Assembly: GCF_009834535.1 (NCBI RefSeq)
Contig: NC_045697.1
Coordinates: forward strand, 25,856,001-25,920,000
DNA length: 64,000 bases
Direction of reading: 5' to 3'
Source: Camelus ferus
Lineage: Eukaryota
Below the pieces are notes generated by a model. It was not told where the DNA came from, did not search any database, and saw only the letters and a program-made list of their open reading frames with translations. Within the stretch, counting starts at the first letter, position 1. Each line of letters begins with the position of its first letter. Below, in pieces: positions 12,931-27,209 of the stretch. Made by a program: the position numbers and the translations under genes.

Positions 12931-14145
12931 GCTGTTCTAGGCTGCCTCTCAACTGCTCCACGGAACCCCTCTTCACGGATTCCTGACTTTAATGGGACTG
13001 TGTGTCTGCGTCGGCCTTTTATGTCAGTTACTGCACTTTCCATCTCTGGAGATTCCGTGGAGGTTGTTGCTGTCTTTCTAGTACTTCCTTCCCCTTCCCC
13101 TCCAGGCTTGACCATAGAGAGTCCACTTCCCCTGCCTGTTTCAAAGTCGTTCTGTACCAGTTCAACCATCGGTGTTGCTTCGGGTCTGTTGATGGATTTG
13201 TTTGCTACTGATGAATTCTATTCCACTGTATCATTATACACCTGGTAACTCTAGGTAGGAGACCAGCATTTTTCATTTTACATTGTTGCCTGCTGGATAT
13301 TTTTGTTCCTGTGAATAATGTTGGGCTTTGTTTTGGGTTGCCATTAAGCCATTTGGAATCATATTGATGCTTTGAAGGATTATTTAAAGTCTTTGGTAGT
13401 TGGGAACTGAATAGGCTTCAGCTGATGGATAATTTGGTCCCAATACTGGGCCAGTGCCCTTCTGAGCACTGTATTTTAAACCCCTTGAATAGGGTTTTTT
13501 TTTTTTACACTCTGGCTTCTAGGGACACAGATTCTTCCTGGTCCTGAGTGACTCCAGAGAACTATTTCTGTTCTGAGTATTTGAATGTCTGATTCAAAAT
13601 GTTTTCATCTGCAGGATGGTTGATTTTGTAGATGAATTTTCACCGGAAATCATCTCAATTTATAAATTCTCCTTACGCTTCCCTTGTATGGATGTTGTCT
13701 GCCACTTTCTGTTTATTTGAAAATATTCTGTTTTTCTTACATACAACCCCTCCCCTAGTAAATAGGTACCACAGATGAATAAAACTGCGCTTTATTTATA
13801 CTGATAGAAGGACTTCTTATACCAAAAATCCTAGTAATCAACCCAAACCTCTCACTTCTCCTATAACTGAACTGGGAAAATAGTATATTTTCTTGTTTTT
13901 CTTTCAACTGAAATACTGATTAAAGGTTGAAAATCTTGCCCAAGATCAGAGTTAACATAACTGTATCTGTATCAGGTTTCTTGTGTTAAGTAATATACTA
14001 AATCAGCTCTCACATTTGGTAAGTAAAAAGGAATCTGACATACATTAAAGAAAATTGTTTCATAGGTAGAGATGTAAAATCAAAATTTTATACTGCTAAT
14101 TAGTATTTTTTCCTAAAAACGTTGAAGAAACATTTTTTGGACATT

Positions 14146-14388
14146 TGTGAAACCAGTAGAGAAGACTTTGCAATGGAGTATAGAGATTGAACTTAACTCC
14201 AAACACAACAAGGGAAAGTAAAGGATGAGGGTATGAAGTGTGGGGGATGAGGAACTTGATTTTATACTAAGGGTTGGTGATTCTCGCTAAACTAGTCTCA
14301 AAGGATTCTTGCTAAAGGCAAGCCAATGTAAATGCTTAGTCAAGAAGAGAGCTCAGAGGAACCTAACTAAAGTTTCATCATGGAGACA
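14146..14388 (-). mobile_element. MER31-like ERV1 LTR fragment
   Basis: gattctcgctaaact...aggattcttgctaaa...agaagagagctcagaggaacctaactaaagttt is the reverse complement of recalled MER31 motifs. Confidence 0.65.
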
Positions 14389-14391
14389 AGT

Positions 14392-14738
14392 ATATGCAAA
14401 GATATCCCATGTCCAGGGATTGAAAGAATTAATATTGTTTAAATGGCCCTACTAATCAAAACCATCCATGCAATCTCTATCAAAATCCCAAAGGCAATTT
14501 TCACAGTAAGAGAAAAAAACAATCCTAAAACTTGAGTGAAACTACATAAGACCTCAAATAGCCAAAACAATCTTGAGAAAGCAACACAAAGCTGGAAGCA
14601 TCACCCTTTCAGACCTCAGACTGTGCTACAAAGCTATGGTAATCCAAGCACATGGCACTGGTATAAAAATGGACACATGAACCAGTGGAGTGGAATCAAG
14701 AGCCCAGAGATGAACCCTCACATATACAATCAACATTG
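14392..14738 (+). mobile_element. L1 ORF2 fragment
   Basis: gaaagaattaatattgtt...atgcaatctctatcaaaatccca...gccaaaacaatcttgag...tggcactggtataaaaa. Confidence 0.75.
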
Positions 14739-15039
14739 TTAATGTTACAATTTCATGATAATTTTAAGAGAAATTCTTTTAATACTAAATTGATTCTTGT
14801 ACGTAATTTCCCTTTTACTTTGATACACTCAAATCTAGATTTTAAATAGGATTTTTTTTTTTAACAAAGCTATAGAAATTCACTTACTGGGTTCTACAAA
14901 AATACATTGTCTATGTACATGGTTAAGGGTATAAGAAAGACTATTTCAACTAGTAAAAAACATAGTTATGTAATTACTCGTCGGAAGGAGAATACAGATA
15001 TAAAGTATGCTATAAAACTTAAAAAGTTTTAATATGCTG

Positions 15040-18000
15040 CCTTTTTCATGGGTTTGTGTCTTTTACTGAAGTTTACAAAAATGTTGGCAAATAGTTGTCA
15101 GTGGTGTCATTATGTTTTAAATTCCTTTTTATCCCTTATATCCACTTTTAAAATTACAGTATTTTGTATCTTTTCTTTTTCTAGATGTCACCAAAGGTGT
15201 GCCTTTTTGATATATTTTTATAGAAATAAATTTTCATATTTTTATTCTTCCACATGGTATTTTTATTTTCTGTCATTGGTTTACACTCCTGTTTTTATTA
15301 CATATTTCTTTTAATCTCTTTGGATTTATTTTATTTTTCGTGCTTCAGATAGGCACAACACACTAATTTTCATGCTTTTTTCTAAATAAGTTTTTTTTTT
15401 TTGAATAATTTTCTCTAAACAACTTTTTCTAGAAGTATCTAAAGGTATAGATTTTCATCACTTTGGTTCAATTCCAAATGTCCTGAGATAGAAGTTTTTC
15501 ATTATCCATTAGTTCTACATGTTTTAAAATTCATATTGTAATTTTTATTTAATATACTAATTATTTAGCAATGTATACTTGAGTTTATATTTATAAGTTT
15601 TTAAAGCTATTTTTAGAAATGGACTTCTTAATTGCACTGTCAGAAAATATATGTGACATCTTCACTTTCTAATATGTTGAGGCTTTCAGCCTAATATATG
15701 ATCGATTTTTGAATGATCCATGTGTGCATGAAAAAATATATATTTGCTAACTGTGATGTACAGAGTTCAATATGCTTGCACTCAGCAAAACTTTCTAATT
15801 GTTTAGATTTTACAGATTCTTGCTGGCTTTTTATTCGACTTGTGCTATCATTAATTTAAAGAGGTTTATTGAATTCTCCCTTTATAATGGAAGATGTATC
15901 AATTTCTCCCTATAGTTCTATTATTTTGGCTTCTTAATGCTTGAGGTCAGTTTGCTAGAAGCATGCACATTTAGAATTGCTGTATCATTTGATGAATAGA
16001 ATGTATTGTTACTATACATTTATGCTCCCCCAGTAATGCCTCTTTTCTAAAAGTCTATTTTGCTTGATATTAACATAGATATGCAGTCTTTATTTTGATA
16101 ATTATTTGCTTGATGCACCTTTTTCCATTAGTTAACTTTCAATCTCTGCATATGTATTTGCTTTATCTAATTATATTATAAACAGCATATATCTGAATTT
16201 TAAATATTTTTACAGTGTGACAGTTTCTTTATAAGACAGTTTTAGTCCACTTAACATTTTTTAAATCACAACAAAAGATTGTAAAAAATCTAAATAAATC
16301 TGTAACTACTAAATGAAATGAAGGAATAGCTTAAAGTCACACCTCCCAAAGCACAGCTTACTCAAATGATTTTACAAGTTCTATCAAATTTTCAAAACAG
16401 CAACTGCCATCCCAGTCTTTTCAAAACTCTCATAGAAAAGGAAGACAAACAAACTCCACAAGTAATTCTAAAAGACCAGCATAACATGATTTTGAAAGTC
16501 AACAAATACGGAAATAAAAGAATCTTATGGGTCCAGTTTACTCATGAATATTAATGAAAAAGTCCTTAACTAATTAAAATAAAATCCAACAGTCTATATA
16601 AAATACTCCATGAATGAGTCTTTTTCTTCTGTGTATGCAAGAATGACTTAATATTAGAAAATGCAGAAACATAAATCATGACTTCTACCAATTAAAGGGA
16701 AAAAATCATTTTAGATGAAGACAAAGCAATGATAAAACTCAAAATAAATTCATTTTTAAAAACCTGTTATTAAATTAGTAGTAGGATGAAAATTTTAGCC
16801 TAAGTAAGGATATTCATACAGGTCCTATAGTAAACATCATGCATTCTCCTTAAAATCAGGTTGAGCACTAAAATAACCACCATTCTTGCTGCTCTTTCAT
16901 AATGTATCTCTTATCAATATAATAAAACAAGGTAAGGAAATTAGAGTCATGCAGACTGGAGAGGAGTAAGTAAAAAATGTCACTTTTGAAGAGGATACAT
17001 TTATTTTGAGTTAATGAAAATGAAGTTTTGTAGTTAAAGTACAAGAAGAAAAGGGGAGAGCAAGGTGGCTGGAATGAAGATTTAGAGGCAGAAGTGCATG
17101 CCTAGACCCCAACGAACATGTTACAGACTTGTAATTTTTAAAATATTTGAAATAGTATTAGAAAACAGCAAATACCTAAGAATATTTTTGCAAACACATT
17201 TTTCTTTTTTATGATTTCAAACTATTTTCAGAGTATAATAAACATCCAGAAATGTGCACCTATCATGAGTGAACAATTCAGATGTTCAAATGTTGACCAC
17301 ACCTTGGAGAGTGCCCAGATTAAGAAATAGAATTTATCATCCCAGAGTTTCTCTTGTGCTCCCTCCCAGTCCTGAGCTACCACCAAAGACAATCATTCTC
17401 CTGAATTTTAACAGAATATATATATATATATATGTTTGATTTATTTTTTATCCTTTGTGTGAACTATACATACAGCACATATTCTGTTGATCTTGAGTTA
17501 CTCAGCATTATCTTAGATTCACTCATATCGTTCCTTCTAATTGGTGTATGTTATACCATTTTGTGAATATACTTATCAATTCTATATATTTCTGTATATT
17601 TCCAGTTTTTAGCTATTACAAGCAATGATGCTATGAAGGTTCTAGTACATACCTTTGCATTTGTGTAGGATGTATACTTAGGAATGAAACTTTTGGGTCA
17701 ATTTCCCTAAGTGTTTGTGGCTATTTACACTCTCAGCAGAGTCTGTGAGAGTTCTTCTTGCTCCATATCCTTACCAATACTTGGTATTTTCAGTGATTTT
17801 CATTGTAAATAATATGAAGTCCAATTTATCAATTTGTTCATTAACAGTACTTTTTAATTTTTTGCTTAAGTAATCATCATTTATTCCAGTATGCTAAAGA
17901 GATTCTGTCTTCTCCTATTGTTTTGCCTTTAGGTTTAGATTTGAGTCTATTAAAATTTTAGGGTGGGTAAGGGTGTTTGGGTGTGGTGCAAAGCAGGCAT

Positions 18001-18550
18001 TAGATTTTTTTTCTGTGTGGCTGTCCAAATGACAGAGTAACATTTGTTGAAAAGACAGTCCTCTCCCAACTACTACACAATATTTGAATATTGTGACACA
18101 ATATTTGTCACAAATGAGGTTAAGTCTGTGTGAACCTGTTTCTGGAATCTCTATTCTTTTTTTTCTTTACTTTTGATAACACTACACTGTCTTAATTTTT
18201 TCAGCTTTATAATAGGTCTTGCTATCTTGTAAATTACTCATCTTTTTACTTCTCTCTTAAATTACACTGGCTATTTTTCTTTATCTTTTGAGTTTCCATA
18301 AAAATTGTGGAATCAACTTGTCAACACACACATACACACATATACACACACGTGCTCACACAAAAACATGCCCTACAGATACTGAGATTTGGGTTGGGAT
18401 TGGAAAGATTCTATAGATTATCTTGAGAAGAATCAACATGTTTACTAATCTGAATATTTCAATCCATGAACAAGGCATATACCTCCATTTATTTGGATTT
18501 TCATTGTCTCAACAGCATATATCGTTCTCAGAGTAGAGGTTTTGCACAAT
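15040..18550. mobile_element. Cluster of old L1M fragments (minus 15040-16255, plus 16256-17000, minus 17200-18550)
   Basis: Strand-skew switches between T-rich and A-rich, with L1 motifs (gcaagaatgacttaatattagaaaat; caatccatgaacaaggcatatacctccatttattt). Confidence 0.55.
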
Positions 18551-18739
18551 GTGATATAAGTCAAAATGTCATGAGTGAAAAATGATTAACTCTGTGAAAA
18601 TATGGTTTAAAATACCACCTTATAAATAAAATCAATTCTCCCATATACCACACTATATAAATATTTCAGTGGTTCAGAATTTAGTCCTATAACTATATCC
18701 TTAAATGCAGAACATTTTTTAAGTGAGACATTAATGTGA

Positions 18740-19262
18740 CTAGAAAACATATCCACTCCAGGCACCTATTCTTCAACATCCCTACCAAGCTGCTGTTGTA
18801 CAGGTTTTGTTAGAATACTTGCAAAAGCAGAAAATTTATTTTTCCTTTTGGAACAACTCCTTCAGTTATCGGGAAGTTCAACCTATCAAAGACTTATTCC
18901 TTATAATGATCCAAAATCTTTCTCAATAAAATTTTCACCTTGTGGTCCTTACTCCAACTCACTGTGAATACAGAAGTGATCTGTCTCATCTTCAACAGGA
19001 GAGTGCTTCAGATTATAAGATCCGTTTCTGTGTCCTCATCCTCTTCCTCTTCCTTCTCCTGGCTAGGTGTCTTCCCCCATTCATAAAACATGATTTCTAG
19101 TCTTTTCAATATCTCAGTCTCTCTTCTCTGAACGCACTCCAAGACTTTCACGCACGCCCCACACTCTTCATTTGGTGCCCATTATTCCGGGTGTAGGCTG
19201 AAAGGGAGAGTAGATTAGGAACATCTTCTCACTTGGAACTAAGTTCTCTATTTCAATCAATA
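18740..19262 (-). mobile_element. L3/CR1 LINE relic (appears to resume at ~19780-20280)
   Basis: CR1-like ttccttataatgatccaaaatct, tctcttctctgaacgcactcca and tattccgggtgtagg. Confidence 0.55.
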
Positions 19263-21639
19263 CTCTGAAATGATGCTGTCATCAGAAAGCTGACTGGCAG
19301 GCAGGCAGAGGCCCTCCAAATTGGCATTTACCGTATTGATCTCATCATTGTCATTCCCGAGTTTTGCCTGCCTGGTGACTTCGGTGGCAGTAAGGACCTA
19401 TGCTTCAGAGATACAATCACACTAAGCTTAAAAGAAAAGATTAGCCGTGCATGTACTCTAGCTGGCCTTCTCTCCCTGAAGGAAAACCACCTCCTGCAAA
19501 ATAAAATTATAATCTAAAATTGATTGGTGAGCACAGAAATCAGGGCGAAGAGAATTAGTTCAGCATTTCAATATTTAATTGCTTCAGGGTTCTGACAGTT
19601 ACATCCATTGTCAGAGTCGAGAGATACCTGCTACCAAAACCAGGCATGGTGAATCTTTTATCAGTGTACTCTCTCCCCAGGACAGAACTAGGACGAGAAG
19701 CTGCTGTCATTGATTGCCTAATGTTCTTGCTTTTCTGTATTTTATGCTAATTAATCCCTGTTTCTAATAAATAATTCTTTTTTAGATTCATTAATATCTT
19801 CTTTCATCTTCTTCTGCCCAGGAGGCCAACTTCTTTCTTCAAGGTTACTTTGAATCTCATCATTTTGGGTGGATTTTATAATTCTTATCAAACAGTCTTG
19901 TTTCTCTGTTTTCCAAATTCTAAGAGAGCTCCTATCACCCAGGTCAATTTATGTGACCAAGTAACTAGTCTTATAAAAATTTAGCCACATGAGTACATAA
20001 GATCCTTTCTGTTCTTTTTCTTCCTTCTCCCTCTGTGCCATTTAGTGGGAGCTCTAGCAGATTCTGGACAGTTTGACTATGAGAATTCAGTGATTAACAT
20101 TAGCCCTTTGGATATCAATCTTCTGGCATATCTTTGAGGACCACTAATATCTCTGATTGGACCTTCTCTGCCTGCACAGCTGTATAGAGAAGGCAAAAGG
20201 TTTCCTCTATCCAACTTTCCATTGTCTTCCTATTTTTTCTAAAGCATTTTCAATTATAGTTGAAAGCACTTGGCTCCCTCAAAAGACTCTGAAATGTGAA
20301 TATTTTCAAACTTCAAACAAACAAACAAAGATTATAAAGGATCCAGGAATAAAGAAGATCAGAGTAGCAATGTAAAAGCCTTGTGTTTTTCTTAAATATC
20401 CAAATGGAAATACTTTTGCATGTTTTTCCTTAGGAGGTAACATGTGTATTTTTGAAGTTCCTTCAGAATCTCAAAAGACCCTGACAATTTGCCTTGACCT
20501 ATAACATACCTTTGGTGACGTGGGCAACAGTTAGCTCTATTTTAATATCTCAACAGAGCTAGATAAGAAGATGCAGAAGAGGTAGTCTTTTTTATACAGC
20601 CGCTTTGGACATATGAATACAAATGGGGGAGGAAGGTGAAGATGAGAAGCGATGCCGCAAAGAAAATGTGCATCTTTGTAAAAGCAATTGTGATGATAAT
20701 TACTTTCTGCTTTGGAAGCACATGGGTGATGTTGGCTCTTACAGTGGAGTTTGTTCAAAGAAGTAAAATAGATTGCGCTATTCAACAGTGACTGAATTGT
20801 TCATTATGTTAAGAATGGAAAGCAATCTTGTAAAATGTCATCTTTTTACATTTTTAAAAATTTTCCAAGAACATTTATGCCAACTAAAAGTAAAATTTCC
20901 CCAATATCACTCCTACCTCATTAAAGGGGAAAAATAATATGGCTAAATGCCTATGACAAATAGTCATACTATTTAAATAATTATCACTGTCTTTTTCAGC
21001 AGAGATACAGACAAGGAAGAATCAGGTGAAGGAGTAAAAGGGGTATTCAGGGCATTTGCCAAGGATAGGAAGATACAGAGGGAAAAATGGCTCCGTGTGA
21101 GGGATCCAGGCTTTGCTGGGAACAGCAGCAGCCCCTGCTGGGCTCTGCCTCTCTCCCTCCGGAAGCATCTTGCACCTTCCATCCCTTAGCCACTCACCCA
21201 CGCCCTCCAACACACACTCAGAAAAGTGACTAGAATAATGGCAAAGAATAAACTATTTCCTGCTCTGGAGTTACTAGCCCTGCACTCTTTGTGTAGATCT
21301 GCACATCTCTTCCAGATTTCAAACAGCTGTTTCTAGTCATTTTGTTAAAAACCAAACAACCACCGAAAAACCACAACTGCTTTCTGCAATTTCCTCCGAG
21401 CTAGCTTGAATGTGGGGTCAGTGCCTGTGTGTTGGGGCTATTCCTGCCTAAGCCTGATTTCTCACCTGGGGCTGCTGGAGGTTAACCTCTTCAGATCTGT
21501 ATAGCACTGGCCTGTGCAGCTTTCGTCTACTTCTGTTTCTGTGCCCTGGCTGGCCCGCACAGTTGGAAGTAATCCCTGGCCTGAATGCCACGCCTGAAAA
21601 TTCTGCAATGTTTCCAGACTGGCTTCATATCTGTAATTT

Positions 21640-24600
21640 TTTAAAATTAAGGTATAATTGACATAACATTGTATTATTTTCAGGTGAACAATGTAATGAT
21701 TTGATATTTGTATATGTTGCAAAATGATAACCACAGGAAGTCCGGTGAACATCCTTCATCATACGGAGTTACAAATTTTTGTGTGTGTGATGAGAACTCT
21801 CAAGCTCCAGTATCCTAGCTACTTTCAAATATGTGATCAGTCTTATTATACTCGCCATGCTGTACATTTCATCCCCATGACTTACTCATTTTATAACTGG
21901 AAATGTGTACCTTTTGACCCCTATACCCAATTCATCCATCCCTCACCCTCACCTCAGACAACAACCAATGTGTTCAATTTTCCATCAGCTCAGTGGGTTT
22001 TTTTTGGTTTGGTTTGGTTTTTAGAGTCTACATATAAGTGAGATCATATGGTATTTATCTTATTCTTTCCAACTTTTCACTTAGCATAATGTCCTCAAGG
22101 CCTATCCTTGTTGTAAATGGAAAAATTTTATTCATTTCTTTTGTGGCTGAAGAGTATTCTGTTGTGTATTTATACACCAATTTTCTTTATCCATTTATCC
22201 ATCAAGGAACGTTTAGGTTGTTTTTAGTGTCTTGGCTGTTGTAATAATGCTTTAGTGAACATGAGGATTCGCTGTCAAACCTATCTGTTTGACTTTGTCT
22301 TTGTTTTCATTGGATTAATACCTAGAGGTGTGGAATTGCTGAATCACGTGGTAATTTTATTTTTAATTTTTTGAGGAAATTTTGTGATATTTTCTATAGT
22401 GAATGAACCAGTTTAAATTAACACCAAGAGGGCACAGTGTTCTCTTTTCTCCACATTGTAAGCAACACTTCTTGCTTTTTTTTAAAGTAGCCGTTCTGAC
22501 AGGTGTGAGGTGATATCTCTGTTGTGGTTTTTAACCTCCAGTTCCATGATAATTAGTGATGTTGAGCGTCTTTTCACATACCTGTATGCCATCAGTATGT
22601 ATTCTTTGGAAAAATGTCTATTCAGACCCTCTGCTCAATTTTTGATCAGATTTTTTTCATATTGAGTTGTTTGAGTTCTTTATATAGTTTTGATATTAAG
22701 CCTTTATCAGATACATGATTTGTAAGCATTTTCTTCCATTCTGTAGGTTGCCTTTTGGTTTTGTTGATTGTTCAGTAGCATGTTAGTTAATCTCCACATA
22801 TTTGTTAATTTTCTTCTAGTAATTGATTTCTAGTTTCATACAATGTGGTCAGAGAAGATGCTTGAAATGAGCAATCTTCTTAAATTTACTAAGACTTGTT
22901 TTATAACCTAACATATGATCTGTCATGGAAAATGTTTTGTGTGCACTTGAGAATATGTATTTTGTTGCTTTTAGATGGAATTCTCTGTATATATCTGTTA
23001 ATTCTTTCTGGTATAATGTGCAGTTTAAGGAAAATATTTTCCTTATTGATTTCCTATCTGGATGATCTGTTGGTGTAAGTGGGGTATTAAGGTCCCCTAC
23101 TATTATTATATTGCTATTTCTCCCTTTAGGTCTGTTAATATTTGCTTTATAAATTTAGGTGCTCTTATGCTGGGTGCGTAAATATGTGCAAATACTATAT
23201 TCTCTTTTTGGATTGATCCCTTTATCATTATGTAATACCCATATTTGTCTCTTATTACAATGTTTGTTTTAAAGTCTATTTTGTCTGATATAAGTGTACC
23301 TACCAGAGCTTTCTTTTGGTCTCTATTCGCATGAAAAATCTTTTTTTTCCCCTTCTTTGTACTTCAATCAGTGTGTCCTCACATCTGAAGTGAGTATCTT
23401 GTAGGCAGCATATAAATGGGTCCCGTTTTGTTTGTTTGTTTGTTTTGTTTTTTTAATCCATTCAGCCACTCTATGTCTCTTGATTGGAGCATTTAGTCCA
23501 TTTACATTTAAAGTAATTACTAATAGGTATGTACTTATTGCCATTTTGTTAATTGTTTTCTGGCTATTTTGTAGTTCTCTAAACTCTCTTTGTGGTTTGA
23601 TGACTGTCTTCAGTGGCATACTTAGGTCCTTTCATTTTATCTTGTGTGTATTTACTATGGGTTTTTGCTCTGTGGTTACCATTAGACTTATATACAACTA
23701 CTTATTTATAACAGTCTATTTTAGGTTGATAACAATGTAAGTTTGATTGAACACATTCTAAAGCTCTACATTTTCACTCTCTGCCCCTTATGATTTATGT
23801 TTTGATATTACATTTTACATCTTTTTTATGTTGTGTATCCCTTAACTAATTATTGTAGTTATAATAATGTTTACTAGTTTTGTCTTTTAGCCTTCATACT
23901 AGCTTTATAAGTGAGTAATCCACTATCTTTACTATATATTTACTTTTACCAGTATTTACCAAATACTTTCATTTGTTTCCTTGTTACTATTTAGAGCACT
24001 TTCTTTTTAGCTAAAGAAATCCTTTTAACATTTCTTGTGAGGCAAGTTTAATGGTAATGAACTCTTTTAATTTTAGCTTGTCTGGAAAACTCTTTATCTC
24101 TCCTTCAATTCTGAAAGATAATTTTGCCAGGAGAGTATTCTTGGTTGGGAGGGGGTTTTTTTGTTTGTTTGTTTTCCTTTTCTTTTCTTTTTTTTCCCCC
24201 CTTTCAGCACTTTGAATATACTGTGCTCCTGTCTTCTGGTTTGCAAAACTTCTCTTGAAAAATCTGATTGCCTTATGGGGGGGTTCCCTTGTACGTAACA
24301 TTTTTTTTCTTGCTGCTTTTGAGATTCTCTTCTTTAATTTTTGAAATTTTAATTATAATGTGTCTTAGTATGAGTTTCTTTGGATTTATTATTTTTGGAA
24401 CTCTCTGGACTTCTCTTGTATCTGGATATTTGTTTCCTTCCCCAAGTTAGAGAAGTTTTGAGCCATTATCTCTTCAAATAAATTTTCTGTCCCTTTCTCT
24501 TATCTCTTTCTGGAACCCCTATGATGTGAATGTTAGTTCACTTGATGTTGTCCCATAAGTCCCTTAAGCTGTTTTTACTTTAAAAAAAAAAAATAAAATT

Positions 24601-27209
24601 CTCTTTGCTGCTCTGATTGAGTGAGTTCCACCACCCTGTCCTTGAGTTCATTGCTCTTTTCTCCTGGTTCATCTAGTCTGCTGTTAAACCCCTGTATTGT
24701 ATTTCTCAATTCAGTTACTGTGTTCTTCAGCTCTGTGACTTCTGTTTGGTGCTTTATAATATTTTTCTCTTTGTTGAAGTTCTCAGTGTTTTCATACTTC
24801 TGAGTTCTGTGAACATCTTTATAACCACTACTCTGAACTCTTTATCAGGTAAATTTCTTATCTCCATTTCATTACAGTTTTGTTCTGAGGTTTCATCTAG
24901 TTCTTTCATTTGGAACGTATTTCTCTGTTTCTTCATTTTGCTTGACTCTCTGTGTTGGCTTCTATGCATTAGATGAACAACTACCTCCTTGTGTAGGAGA
25001 TGAAACTTATCTTTCAGTCCTGCCCTAACTCTTGATTATCCCTCAACCTTTTTTGATTGTGCAAGCAGCCTGTTTTATTTTTAATGGTTCTCAGTGGATA
25101 CGAGTAGGCCAAGACCTGTCAGTGTCCTAAAAGGGAGGCTCTCAGTCAGAGTCTAGATTCAGGCTGATTGGAAACCAGACCCTCAGGCAGGAGCTTTTTA
25201 AGTATGCAAATATACACCATCCTGTGGGATTGCAAGGATAATCTCTGCTGGCCACCAGAGCCAAGTGATCTGTAGGTCCCCTGGGTAGCAGTTATAAAAA
25301 TCAGGGCATCAGATAAGGGTATATGCTACTGTCTTGTGAGATACTGGTGAAGTACAATGAGGCGGAGTGAGAGCACAAAAATTATGTCCTCCAACCTATG
25401 TATCCTGAGAGGACCTCCACAGGCTTCTAGTTGTGTGCCAAACCAGAAGCTTGCCCCTCAAGCCAAAGCTCCAGGACAAGCAAATTGGCCTCTTTCACAG
25501 AAAGACTGGAGATGCTTTCCAGTCTGCTGTCTGTACCATGCCCTGAGGGTGGTAACCTGACAGTGACTATCTCTGCAGTTGCTGTAATCCCATGGGGTCC
25601 ATGAACACAAGCCCCTCTCGTCTCCAGAGTCAGGCAATCAAGGGGTCCCCTGGGCAACAATCACAAAGACCAAGGCACAAGACATAAAAACTGTAGCGCT
25701 AGATGATGTGAAAGCTCGCCCCTCCAGGAGATACTAGCGCTCTGGAGCACAGCCAGGGGAAAGCATCGAGATAGTGTCCACACTCCTTTTTCTCTTACAA
25801 GGATTAGGTTCAGCCCTTAGATGTGTGTTTAATTAGGAGCCTGCCCCTCAGACCACAGCTATGGCAGTCAGCTAACCGACCACTTTCACAGAAAGACGGC
25901 CCTCCTGACTCTGTCATCTCCTGTTGTGCTGGGGCGTGAGGCTGGTTGGGAGGGGGAGGGTTAACTCTTTGTTGGCTACAGTCCCGTGGGACTCACGAGC
26001 ATAGGTCCCACTGGCCACCAGAGTTAGGTGGTGGTAGGTTTTTGCAGCTTCAGAAGTCAGAGTGACAGACAAGAGTACAAGTTCCTTTCTGAGAGATAAT
26101 GGTGAACTGCAGAGAGGCAGAGGGAGTGGGCAAAGACTGCATTCACCAGGCTCCATGCCCTGGGAGCACTTCCAGAGGTCCCTAGCTGTGTGCCAGACTG
26201 GAAACCTGTCCCTCAGACTGAAGCTCCGGGACAAGCAAGTAGGCTTCTTTCACAGAAGGACTGACTGTGTTTCACTCTGCTGTCTGTGCAGTGCCCTGGA
26301 GGTGGTCGTCTGCCAAGAAGTGTCCCTCTGACTGTTAGAGTCTCACAGGACTCAGGATTATAAGCCCTCTTTGCCTCCACAGCCAGGTAGTTAGAGGGCA
26401 TCCCATGGACAGCCTCAAAAACTGGGCACCAGACGCATGTCAGAGCTCCCATCTGGGAGACACTGGTGCTCTGGAGCTCAGCAAAGGGAGGTCAGGATGA
26501 TAGTGCACACGGCAGCGGGAGGACATATAGATGGTGCCTACAGGAGAAAAGAAAAAAGACAGCACCTGCCTGCCTGAACAAGGCAGACAGAGGGTTTATA
26601 GATGGCACCTGCAAGAAAAAAAATTGGCACCCATTGGCTATCATGAGGCAGGTGAGAGTGTGAAGATGGTGCCTGCCCCTCAGATCGACACTTTCAGATG
26701 AGCAAATGAGCGTCATTCACATATAGTCCGGGTACCTCTTGGTCAGCTCCTTCTGCGCTGGGCCCTGGGGCAAGCGAGTCCGAGGAGCACAAGATCCCTT
26801 TAAGGACCGTTTCTCAGATTGCTATAACGTGAGTGTCTTGTGGACTCGAGTCTTAATGGTTTTCAAAGCTAGATGTTTTGGTGGCTCATCTCCCAAGTGC
26901 AAGTCTTAAAAGTTGGGGTGCCTGATATGGAGTTCAAACCCTTGCTCTTTGGAGAAAAGATCTGGGTTTTGAGTTCCCTCCCAGTTGTGAGTTGCCACAC
27001 TGGGGGTGCAGTTTATTGGTGAGGTTGGGTCCCAGCCTCTCCTATCCACTTTGACGTGGGCCCTCTCTCGTTCTCCAGGTATGTAGGAATTGCTCGGTTT
27101 TTAGGGTTTTTTTTTTAGAGGAAGTTGTGCCATATGTAGTTGCAGATTTAGTGTGTCCACGGGAGGAGGGGAGCCCAGAATCTTCCTATGTCACCATAAC
27201 CCTCTCCCC
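21640..27209 (-). mobile_element. L1 (L1MA9/L1_Art-like) with 5'UTR, ORF1, EN region and 3' end; most of ORF2 deleted
   Basis: Decayed ORF1 (LSFRIEGEIKSFPDKLKLKEFITIKLASQEMLKG) and ORF2 EN start (ITLNVNGLNAPIKRHRVAEWIKK). The 3'UTR lies at 21640-22400 and the deletion junction is at ~22770. Confidence 0.85.
25150..26480 (-). repeat. ~360-390 bp monomer array in the L1 5'UTR
   Basis: The motif ctttcacagaa(a/g)gac recurs at 25492, 25883 and 26247; ctggccaccagag recurs at 25248 and 26011. Confidence 0.75.
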
